Of a stretch of DNA of 64,000 nt, positions 9,501 through 18,486 are shown one piece after another. Source of the stretch: Auanema rhodensis (Eukaryota > Animalia > Nematoda); contig OZ059894.1 in NCBI GenBank assembly GCA_964057225.1, forward strand, positions 17,236,001 through 17,300,000, given 5' to 3'. Every line of letters begins with the position of its first letter. Position 1 is the first letter of the stretch. The notes beneath the pieces were generated by a model, which saw only the letters and a list, made by a program, of their open reading frames with translations, was not told the DNA's origin and did not search any database. Made by a program: the position numbers and the translations under genes.

Positions 9501-12500
9501 CCCCCAGGCTATGAAGAAACATTGGAACTTGTAAGCCGCCCAGACCAACAGATGCCAGATAACATCATGAAGCAATACTATCCTGCTTTAGTAACATTTA
9601 TTCCAATCGCAATACCATTTGTTGCTTCTATTGCATCAGCGGAAACAAAGTTACCATTAATATATATATCAGTTGAAGATAAACTGATTTTAGCTTTATG
9701 GGATTCAGGCTCATCAGTGTCATATGTTAGGCTCTCCACCCTCAAATATCTGAACATGGCCGAAAATGTCAAGAAGAGACATTTAGTAGCGATGGCAGCC
9801 AACAAGTCCACTTTCACATTTTATGGAAAGATAAATCTTGTAATTGAAATTGCCGGTTACGAGATCGAACACACCTTTTTGGTCTCAAACGATCATGACT
9901 GTCCTGCTCCCGCTTTAATTGGACTAGATTTCATGAAAGCGCTTAACAGCGAAAACATCGACGTTAGCCTTAAACCATCCAAGAAGAGGTTGGAGATTGA
10001 TGCCATCCCATTAATAGGAAATGAATCTATTAAGCATACGGAGATAACTGTGAATATCATTAATTTAAGAACAAAAACATTAAAACCTGATGAAGAGGCA
10101 CCTATCCCAATAAAGACAGATAAACCACTAGAATCTAACGAAGTGGTTGTCTTAGGGGATAGTGGAAGCGCATTAAAATCATTATATCCAACTGCGTTTC
10201 GTGATACCAGTGGAGTATATGTTATGTTCCGTAACGATACCGATGAAACAATAGCTATGGAAGCTAATTCAGTCATCGGACAGGCAATAATTGGAGAAAT
10301 TCCGGCTTGTGAACCCTTTAAGCATAAGCCAATTCTACCATATGTTCCGCCAGAAGCCGATTGGGAGAGTAAACTACCATATTTTCCAAGAGACTTCATA
10401 AAAGATCTTGATCTAGAGAATGCTGATCTCACGAAAGAAGAAAAACATGAGCTTACAAAAATAATTGAAAGCAATCGTGAGGCATTTCTTAACGAGGACA
10501 GGAAAATAGGCTTATTCAAAGGTTCTATAGAGCATACCATACCATTGAGAACAGATATGGATATGCCAAAGCCGAGAATAACACGTATTCCCTTAGGAAA
10601 ACAGGAAGAAATTGAAAAGCAAGTCAAAGAAATGCTTGAGCAAGGCATAATAGAGCCTTCTACATCTCTATTTAATAGCCCTGTAGTACTAGTTAAGAAG
10701 AAAGATGACACGTATAGGTTTGTGACAGATTTTCGAGCTTTAAATAATGTCACACGCAAGCAAGCTTATGTCATTCCAAGCATTTCTGACATAGTTGATT
10801 TGGCAGCAGGCGCTCAATTTTTCACAAACTTCGATTTAGTGTCAGGATTTTTTCAAATATCCTTGAGAAAATCAGATCGACCACTAACAGCATTTACGAC
10901 CACATCCGGCACATACCAGTACAAACGGATGCCGATGGGCCTTTGTGGAGCCCCTCATACCTTTCAAACAGCAGTAAGGTATTTGCAAAGTAAATGTTCG
11001 TGTAAACTATTTGTTTACTTGGACGATCTATTAGTTATATCTGATACAAGAGAACAACATCTCAAAGATATCGATGATTTACTGCAAGCAGTAGAAGAAT
11101 TGGGAATGAAGATAAAGCTTAAGAAATGCGCTTTTGCTCAACCAGAAGTGAAATTTCTAGGACTTATTGTAGGACGTCAAGGTATAAAACCTGACCCTCA
11201 AAAAGTCGCCGCCATACAAGATTATCCGGCACCAAAGAATGCAACAGGTGTACGAGCATTCTTGGGAATGGTTGGATTCTTTCGCAAATTCATGAAAGAT
11301 TTTGCACGTATCGCAAGCCCTTTATACGATCTGACAAAGGCAGATACTGAATTCAAATGGGAAAACAAACATCAAGAAGCTTTAGACCTCCTTAAAAGAA
11401 TTTTAATACAGGCACCCGTTTTAAGCCCACCTAAATCGGACCGCTTGTTTATAGTTGAAAGCGACGGTAGTAACATCGCCATAGGTGCTGTATTATTACA
11501 ACCGGAAGATCCAAAACAACCTCTGAAAAATCTACACCCTATCGCATTTGCAAGCAGAAAACTAGTTAAAGCCGAACGTAACTACGCACCAATCGAGATA
11601 GAAGCATTAGGCCTTGTATATGCATTAAATCAATTCCGTACATACATTCTTGGAACTCATACTATATGTATTACGGACCATCGACCCCTTACCAGCTTAA
11701 TGACACGCAGAGACTTATTTGGTCGTCTTGCGAAGTTCCAGCTGGTCATCCAAGAATATGATATTGAAATAAAATATCGCGCAGGCCAATTAAATAAAGT
11801 ATGCGATGCTCTATCTCGATATATAGGTGAAGAAGCTAACGATGCTAAGCCGGAAACAAAGAAGAAGAAAATGGAAGAAATTCACATTAACGCCATAAAT
11901 ACACCAACAATAAAGGAAATTCAACTAAACACCCCTTGGATTAAACGGACGATAGCGGAGATTGAATATAGAGCACAAAAGAACATGACAGCTAATGACA
12001 GATATTGTGTCATAAATGACTTGCTCTATACAAAACCAACAGACAAAAAGCCACAACCACAAGAACACCCCATAATTGAGGAAATAATCAAAGTTTTTCA
12101 TGAGGATCCTACAATTGCAGCACATCAAGGAATTATTAAAACAAAAGAAGCAATTCTAAGAAGATTCTATTGGACAAATATGCAGAACGACATTACTATA
12201 TTCATCAAGAATTGCATTAAATGTGCTCAAAGAAAAAAAGATCCACATTCCATGACGGTACAACCAATAGGTCATTTTGAGATACCAAGCAAGCCATTTG
12301 AACGAGTCCACATGGACGTAATGGGACCATTTCCCCCTTCAAAAAGAAACTGTACCTACGTCATTACCATGCAAGACGCATTTACAAAATGGTCAACAAC
12401 AATTGCTGTACCACAAATAACAACGGAAATCACAATTGACCGATTTCTAAGACATTTCGTTTACATTTTTGGACCACCCCATCGCTTGATCACCGATAGA

Positions 12501-13304
12501 GGTTCGAACTTTGTATCCAAAAAGTTCGAAGAAATGTGTACTAAACTTGGAATCAAACATGAACCAACACTACCACACCAAAAGAACTCAAATGGACAAG
12601 TGGAAAGACTTCACAGAACCCTCGAAGAAGGATTAACCCACTACTTAAAAAAGGACCTTAGTGACTGGGATACTGTATTACCAAAAATCACTTTTGCTAT
12701 CAACAATATTCAGCACGCGACTACAGGAATTGCGCCATACATTGCATTATTTGGTAAAGAATGCAGAATGTCAATGGACGCTGAATTACCAGAAACGATC
12801 ACCAAAATTCAAGAAATTTCTGAAGAATTACTCCAAAGAAGACCAGATATGGACAAGAGAGACAAAATAATAAAGAACCGCATAGCTAAAAATCAAGAAA
12901 ATGCGAAAAAGAAGAAGGATAGAACGCAAAGAGCACACCATAGAGACATTCAACCGGGCGACATGGTGATGACGACCATAAAATCACACCAAATCGACCA
13001 AAAGCTTCGGAAAAGCTATGATGGACCATACGAAGTCATCAACGTAGAAGGATCAAAAGTTCAAATCAGAAATTCATCAGGAAAACTACAAGATATCCAC
13101 AAAGATAACTTGAAAATCTTCTCTCCTGCTTCACAAAACATCTCTTACAACACTCGCGCAAGATTTCGAGAAAGTCAAGCAGAAGAAGATAGCGACATCG
13201 AAAGAATAGAAGTGATCAACAGGAACAACAAAGATAGCATAGATACAGAGCCAGAAAATGAAAATGAAGACGAAATATGGCTTCCGAGGAATGAAGAAGA
13301 ATAA
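6516..13304 (+). CDS. pol: Env-Pol fusion polyprotein (2262 aa): signal sequence, gB-like glycoprotein, TM helix, aspartic protease, RT, RNase H, integrase
   Basis: One uninterrupted ORF. PR LWDSGS (D at 9702); RT SPVVLVKKKD..DFRALN..MPMGL..YLDD (11016-11027); RNase H ESDGS..EALGL..TDHRPL; IN H..H..CIKC, HMD..TDRG..VER, GPY. Confidence 0.96.
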   Translation: MSNNRQRNNSTFRGNNNNRGRGRGSRVNNLTLISPLTLAVALSVILSLVTTAEAYQLCTKATGGALLRPPSLRKCLLPPIKHILRTKVHLYTRNQTAHEWDAWRCSKEIHKMCIRDLLFLRDTNTTIARIEKIPAAECRLAVRDRRWNWSELKKIDSITYATDEPSFSPGRFFNNELCKEKARLVIERGVMTRMPDETIISNLILNTEGCLAHHGECASDTSIIIWEKQPYEYRCNYIDMSEYDAIIGDGIILLPTTQSALVIDQKEIPKQISSCFKQPIFHTTTGNYILLPQYPNDTNIHVLIEREYKKLPAKRDKRAIAECTVELNKEWIQKQEDFETLILNICPYPFLRPVMSNPGIYQIIPLIKARRAVNPSYSIIDWVSAHPEKFYFFLRSPVYDKSIQRFLQTYEIHNPEEAILYFLAQKELAATTRGAIRYLTSQQLLEQIGDRLTAHEFDEKLLEKDGSYRERAESIAMELAYTPVIFENNLSVPSRQEVLKSFVNMPPIRPTLTTDNADERIVLRNTLYLYHNLMTLRVIRPNKTAAAVDDEKFRQLTINVPDTNKLYRDKDSNYGISIGPHPRIQTPSAYIETYTYIETPPYLTRRLSLTTTTDKPASLVQETTISYTTRIPTTTTVDTTTAVITTTLSPTTLATVTDTASRTLRKQRTSSPPVETREIQAQATYTASKVNNEIQFNLNVSRRIAQDHLQYTTTLIQEELQKHFMESYESICEIQNRYLELWRSILHIEPTIAMRTILGREDIAARFVGSDIVHVHICLPLQPKAVYHNHKINDTCYLETPVITEDERLYFAAPGSRDLLTHGKEIDCEHVPTDVYYQNGEWININGSVEVKPISLFDKAKYHQLTPLKFTGANLYTNLSLRVYSMSTAIAYGASLASIRQNHVLHTIHNDPKITSAFNLLKKGSDYISKAAEFTTSAWTSVKQFLIGSIERTLIFIGSIVTIAAVLIILFVVAKFWFFRATPLTVMHVHEIDNEPPGYEETLELVSRPDQQMPDNIMKQYYPALVTFIPIAIPFVASIASAETKLPLIYISVEDKLILALWDSGSSVSYVRLSTLKYLNMAENVKKRHLVAMAANKSTFTFYGKINLVIEIAGYEIEHTFLVSNDHDCPAPALIGLDFMKALNSENIDVSLKPSKKRLEIDAIPLIGNESIKHTEITVNIINLRTKTLKPDEEAPIPIKTDKPLESNEVVVLGDSGSALKSLYPTAFRDTSGVYVMFRNDTDETIAMEANSVIGQAIIGEIPACEPFKHKPILPYVPPEADWESKLPYFPRDFIKDLDLENADLTKEEKHELTKIIESNREAFLNEDRKIGLFKGSIEHTIPLRTDMDMPKPRITRIPLGKQEEIEKQVKEMLEQGIIEPSTSLFNSPVVLVKKKDDTYRFVTDFRALNNVTRKQAYVIPSISDIVDLAAGAQFFTNFDLVSGFFQISLRKSDRPLTAFTTTSGTYQYKRMPMGLCGAPHTFQTAVRYLQSKCSCKLFVYLDDLLVISDTREQHLKDIDDLLQAVEELGMKIKLKKCAFAQPEVKFLGLIVGRQGIKPDPQKVAAIQDYPAPKNATGVRAFLGMVGFFRKFMKDFARIASPLYDLTKADTEFKWENKHQEALDLLKRILIQAPVLSPPKSDRLFIVESDGSNIAIGAVLLQPEDPKQPLKNLHPIAFASRKLVKAERNYAPIEIEALGLVYALNQFRTYILGTHTICITDHRPLTSLMTRRDLFGRLAKFQLVIQEYDIEIKYRAGQLNKVCDALSRYIGEEANDAKPETKKKKMEEIHINAINTPTIKEIQLNTPWIKRTIAEIEYRAQKNMTANDRYCVINDLLYTKPTDKKPQPQEHPIIEEIIKVFHEDPTIAAHQGIIKTKEAILRRFYWTNMQNDITIFIKNCIKCAQRKKDPHSMTVQPIGHFEIPSKPFERVHMDVMGPFPPSKRNCTYVITMQDAFTKWSTTIAVPQITTEITIDRFLRHFVYIFGPPHRLITDRGSNFVSKKFEEMCTKLGIKHEPTLPHQKNSNGQVERLHRTLEEGLTHYLKKDLSDWDTVLPKITFAINNIQHATTGIAPYIALFGKECRMSMDAELPETITKIQEISEELLQRRPDMDKRDKIIKNRIAKNQENAKKKKDRTQRAHHRDIQPGDMVMTTIKSHQIDQKLRKSYDGPYEVINVEGSKVQIRNSSGKLQDIHKDNLKIFSPASQNISYNTRARFRESQAEEDSDIERIEVINRNNKDSIDTEPENENEDEIWLPRNEEE
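6603..9452 (+). other. env: Envelope glycoprotein domain, herpesvirus gB / class III fusogen-like
   Basis: Signal LTLISPLTLAVALSVILSLVTTAEA|Y; Cys-rich ectodomain with N-glycosylation sequons; furin-type RDKR (7458-7469) and RKQR (8508-8519); CEIQNRYLELWRSILHIEPTIAMRTILGREDIAARFVGSDIVHVHICLP..CYLETPV..EIDC parallels the gB core-helix region as I recall it; TM LIFIGSIVTIAAVLIILFVVA at about 9375-9440. Confidence 0.85.
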
Positions 13305-14001
13305 CAACAAGATAATGCTACGTTATTTAAATTATTGTAACAAAATAACGATGAATTAGAAAAAAAAAAAAAAAAAAAAAATTAATGCTAAATAACATTC
13401 AAAATAAAAATAGCATTTAATAGAGATTGAGAAAGGAAAAATAAGGCAAATTCTAAACGAGGAGATGTTATGACTAATGGTTCCAAGTTACCGTAATCCT
13501 ATGCGGACTAGAGGACATTTTGACAACCATCCGAGCTCCATGTGCCTCCCCAAATAAGATGAGATAAACACTGGTAGGCGTATAAACCACAATTTCATCT
13601 TAAGTGGTAGTCTCCATTAGTAATCAAGGATTCACTCTGGGAGACATATGGAGACACATTATTAAATCATAATCTCGGTTCAATTTAGAAATGAGTACTT
13701 CTTGAGACCATTAGTCAAAATAATAACATATTCCCATTCATTACTAGCCCCTTATTCTACAATCTCTATTAAGAAATGCTTGAATATTAAGATAATTAAT
13801 TTATGAAATTAATAATATTCTAATTCATCGTCACTTCATATTATATTGAACCCTTCTTATAAATTATTGTAATTTTGTTTTATACTAATTAAAACTCTAT
13901 CATACTATAGTTATTGTGAAGCTAAAACATTTAAACTTTAAAACTCAGTTACATATAAGCCCAAACTTTTGTTTAAAATATCGCGAGGTGCGACAATCTT
14001 T

Positions 14002-14010
14002 GAAAAAGGG
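14002..14010 (+). promoter_or_regulatory. E1 polypurine tract
   Basis: GAAAAAGGG, then CA, then the 3' LTR. Confidence 0.8.
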
Positions 14011-14012
14011 CA

Positions 14013-14378
14013 CGTTCCATTCGGAGACTCTATATATGTAACTGCAGGGTTAGAGCCAGACCGACTAGAGGAATGTGGAATGGCACCGCCTTCCCTCATG
14101 CCCCTATTCGGGAGTTCGCCCCTTTGCAAGCCCATGGACGGTTTGTATCTAACTTAGTTAATCTTATATATTAGTCTTTGTCTTGTAAATGTAGTTTACT
14201 TTATACTTGTGTTATTGTATTGTAATGATATTGTATTGTGTATAATAAACCTATATATTTCCTTATCTTATGTAATCCTTATGCTCTGTTTCCATACCGC
14301 TACACTTATGGAATACTATACGCGTAGTTGAGCAGACTACAATGGTCTGTTCAATATACGTAGGAGCATAATGGAACG
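14013..14378 (+). repeat. E1 3' LTR
   Basis: 366-bp direct repeat of 2629-2994. Confidence 0.97.
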
Positions 14379-15794
14379 GCCGAGTGGTCTAGTGGTATAA
14401 TTCTCGCTTAGGGTGCGAGAGGTCCCGGGATCGATCCCCGGCTCGGCCCAGATTTTAACATTTTGTTTCGAGAAGTGTACTTCTTCTTCGTATTTAGTGG
14501 AAGTTCTCTTGAAATTCAATTAATTTTAAGCTTTAGTATTCACCTATAGATATCAGATTAATAATATTCATTTAAAAATATATATGGAAAAGTAGGAGGT
14601 TCATCGTAGTGAATGGATATTTCAGGCCGAGTGGTCTAGTGGTATGATTCTCGCTTAGGGTGCGAGAGGTCCCGGGATCGATCCCCGGCTCGGCCCACGT
14701 TTTAACATTTTTTTTCGAGAAGTGTACTTCTTCTTAGTATTTAGTGGAAGTTCTCTTGAAATTCAATTAATTTTAAGCTTTAGTATTCACCTATAGATAT
14801 CAGATTAATAATATTCAGTTAAAAATATATATGGAAAAGTAGGAGGTTCATCGTAGTGAATGGATATTTCAGGCCGAGTGGTCTAGTGGTATAATTCTCG
14901 CTTAGGGTGCGAGAGGTCCCGGGATCGATCCCCGGCTCGGCCCACGTTTTAACATTTTTTTTCGAGAAGTGTACTTCTTCTTAGTATTTAGTGGAAGTTC
15001 TCTTGAAATTCAATTAATTTTAAGCTTGAGTGTTCACCTATAAATATCAGATTGATAATATTCAGTTAAAAATATATATGGAAAAGTAGGAGGTTCATCG
15101 TAGTGAATGGATATTTCAGGCCGAGTGGTCTAGTGGTATGATTCTCGCTTAGGGTGCGAGAGGTCCCAGGATCGATCCCCGGCTCGGCCCACATTTTAAC
15201 ATTTTGTTTCGAGAAGTGTACTTCTTCTTCGTATTTAGTGGAAGTTCTCTTGAAATTCAATTAATTTTAAGCTTGAGTGTTCACCTATAAATATCAGATT
15301 GATAATATTCAGTTAAAAATATATATGGAAAAGTAGGAGGTTCATCGTAGTGAATGGATATTTCAGGCCGAGTGGTCTAGTGGTATGATTCTCGCTTAGG
15401 GTGCGAGAGGTCCCGGGATCGATCCCCGGCTCGGCCCACATTTTAACATTTTATTTCGAGAAGTGTACTTCTTCTTCGTATTTAGTGGAAGTTCTCTTGA
15501 AATTCAATTAATGTTGAGCTTTAGTATTCACCTATAGATATCAGATTAATAATATTCAGTTAAAAATAATTATGGAAACGTAGAAGGTTCATCGTAGTGA
15601 ATGGATATTTCAGGCCGAGTGGTCTAGTGGTATGATTCTCGCTTAGGGTGCGAGAGGTCCCGGGATCGATCCCCGGCTCGGCCCACGTTTTAACATTTTT
15701 TTTCGAGAAGTGTACTTCTTCTTAGTATTTAGTGGAAGTTCTCTTGAAATTCAATTAATTTTAAGCTTTAGTATTCACCTATAGATATCAGATT
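14378..15794 (+). repeat. tRNA-Pro(AGG) array, segment 2 (6 genes; G1 of the first gene, 14378-14449, is the last base of the E1 LTR)
   Basis: 247-bp period; gene starts 14378, 14625 ... 15613. Confidence 0.97.
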
Positions 15795-18486
15795 TGTCAC
15801 ATCTGCAAGCACATGGTAAACATGTGCGCGCTATTCAAATAGCGGGAGCCTGAACAAGCCCCGCCTACAACATGGGACACACATGACACTCTTGCTTCTG
15901 GCCTAACCCAGATAGGTTGTCTTTTAGCCATGTGAGTCTCATCTCTATATCATCTCTATATATAATCTATTTAATACTTTATCATATCTCTTTATATTCT
16001 TCCTTAATGTAATTCTTATATTGTATTTTCTTGTTATCTGATAATGAATCCTTTTCTCTTTAAGTATTTGTCGTAATAAGGAAATCGGGGCGTTCGGGTC
16101 TGCCTACCTAAGGAACAAGGTAGAAGTACATATATCTTCCGACCATGAAAAGACGGGAAGAAACAATATGTAACGTGGAGGTTCCACCTTGCTTACTTTA
16201 CTGTTAATTTATTGACAGCAAGTTTACGAGACTTTTGGACTTAATTACCCAACAGTGAGGAGTAACCGAGCCGTGCACCATAATTTCCCCAAAAATTATT
16301 TTGGCTACCACTTCTCCTCCGCTCAACGAAAACTGGGAGGTGTCTGAGACGTTTGGGGAAACTATCAGACAATAGTTTTGACGAGCGTTACCTTTTTGTT
16401 ATGCACGCGCGTGCTATTTTGATTCATTACTTTATGATGTGAATGTCCAGTGTGGCAACAGAGCTCACTTTCTAGCTGAGTTGTTTGGAAGCTGGAGGCT
16501 GTTGGGATAATTTTATTTACGATTTTTGATTTTGATTCACATCCAAGGGTTCATCAGGGTTCTACTCCTGTTAACTCTTTTCTTATTAGTTCAGAGATAA
16601 TAAGAATATTTAAATTCCTACCCACCCAAGTCCACTCTACGTCTGCCAACGTTTCCTTTTTCCTATATTATTGACAGATTACTGAATTTAAATTCCTATA
16701 TCAATCTTAAATTACCTTCTAAATCTTTTGAAATTAAATTAAAAATTATCTTAATTAAGATTTATTTTGAAATTCTTTCTACAAATCTTAATAAACTTTA
16801 TAAAATTGAACTTAATATACGAGATGAGACATTTTTGTTTACTTTAAGCTTACTCACATTCAAATAGTTGGCCCACGCGTACCAGCTGTTCGGCATGTGT
16901 AGTCAATAACAGCTGTTAAAATTCAAAAGTTTTCAAACAGGCTTAAGGCACCATCTGTGATTCCTAATTTGTCTCTAAGCTGACATTAGTGATTATAATA
17001 TTCAAATATCACGACAGACGGTCAATGGTTGTTTACCATAAGCGCTAACATCTGGTGTCGTGACACATGGCTGGAGGCGGAGCTTGAAGCTTCAACGATC
17101 CTCCTTCATCAGACGCCATTGTCACAAACGTTTTTACTGGAGTCTAGTTGCTTCCAGTACGCGCTCTTATATTCATCTAACTGTATTCACCAGCCACCAT
17201 GTCGGACTCGGACATCAGCGAGGACAACAAAGATTAGGAACAAGGATCACCAGAGCCATACCTTTTGTATGTCACACAACAACAAAGAAGAATGAACAAC
17301 GGTTAATGACTTAGTTATGATAAAAGTGAATTCTACTCGAAACAAACTAACACCTTCATTCGAAGGGCCTTATTTAGTTACAGCAGTTCAAAGATCTTTC
17401 GTCGTGGTTCAAACAGATAAAGGAAAAAGCAGAAGAGTACACAAGGACTTCGTCAAACCTTACCAACGGACAACATCTATTCCGGTTATCACAATTTCTT
17501 GAAGGTAGTTTTTTTTTTAACAAAATCAAATTGTTGAAATTTTTTTATTTTATTTTGTGCCATTTCTGATTGTACCACATCTTTGTTGTTGATTGATTTT
17601 CTCTGAGAAGTCTGCTATTGTTTTACAAGGTTTTGTTTTATTACTCCAACTCTCATTGAGTAGATTTTTTTTTCAACATTCTCTTGTGAATCATGCTATT
17701 TTTTATGCTTAATCATTACTTGTATTCACCTTATGGACATTAGTCATACGGGTTAAACGAGTTTTCATTTTTTTGTACAGAACGGGCTCGACCTATTCTC
17801 AGGGTAACACCGTACCTGTACTACTCAAGAAAATGAACGACTATATCACAGTCGAATGGTTTAGAAGCAAAGCTCTCGTTTGCAAGCATTTCACTACTCA
17901 AGTGAATGAAATAGAATCTACTCGATACTACATTTCGAATTCAACAAACTTGAAGAGACAATAGCTAAACTTTCAAATCGTATTGTATACATTTTTTTTA
18001 TCCACTACACCATGATTTTTTTTTTCCAACATCCAACTATCTTAAAAAGTGAATTAATTTATTTTGTTTTTGAACGAGGACGTTCAACTTTTTAAGGTGG
18101 GGGGATGTCACATCTGCAAGCACATGGTAAACATGTGCGCGCTATTCAAATAGCGGGAGCCTGAACAAGCCCCGCCTACAACATGGGACACACATGACAC
18201 TCTTGCTTCTGGCCTAACCCAGATAGGTTGTCTTTTAGCCATGTGAGTCTCATCTCTATATCATCTCTATATATAATCTATTTAATACTTTATTATATCT
18301 CTTTATATTCTTCCTTAATGTAATTCTTATATTGTATTTTCTTGTTATCTGATAATGAATCCTTTTCTCTTTAAGTATTTGTCGTAATAAGGAAATCGGG
18401 GCGTTCGGGTCTGCCTACCTAAGGAACAAGGTAGAAGTACATATATCTTCCGACCATGAAAAGACGGGAAGAAACAATATGTAACG
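15795..18486 (+). mobile_element. E2: non-autonomous LTR retrotransposon, 2692 bp
   Basis: 381-bp LTRs 15795-16175 and 18106-18486 (one mismatch seen), ends TGTCACAT...ATGTAACG, TSD GATT, PBS TGGAGGTTCCACC 16176-16188, PPT AAGGTGGGGGGA 18094-18105. Confidence 0.96.
17317..17502 (+). pseudogene. Integrase C-terminal (GPY/F) remnant in E2
   Basis: KLTPSFEGPYLV...VHKDFVKPY aligns with E1 KLRKSYDGPYEV...IHKDNLKIF. Confidence 0.85.

Larger units (their letters stand above)
2629..14378 (+). mobile_element. E1: env-containing Ty3/gypsy (Metaviridae-type) LTR retrotransposon, 11750 bp, gag-env-pol order
   Basis: 366-bp LTRs (one mismatch seen, 2821 C vs 14205 A), TSD GCCG (2625-2628 / 14379-14382), PBS at 2995, PPT at 14002, domain order PR-RT-RH-IN. 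Confidence 0.97.

Noticed and set aside
9893-10759. 288-aa antisense ORF and the smaller antisense ORFs in pol and integrase
   Set aside because: Shadow frames of the sense coding sequence with S/L/I/F-rich, non-protein-like composition.
13130-13304. Chromodomain at the integrase C-terminus
   Set aside because: The tail is acidic and low-complexity, without a chromodomain aromatic-cage pattern.
13360-13381. Poly(A) run as the tail of a nested retroposed insert
   Set aside because: No flanking TSD or identifiable SINE/LINE body; treated as a simple homopolymer.
17029-17964. Other short ORFs in E2 (17029, 17060, 17773)
   Set aside because: Non-ATG starts, overlapping frames and no recognisable motifs.
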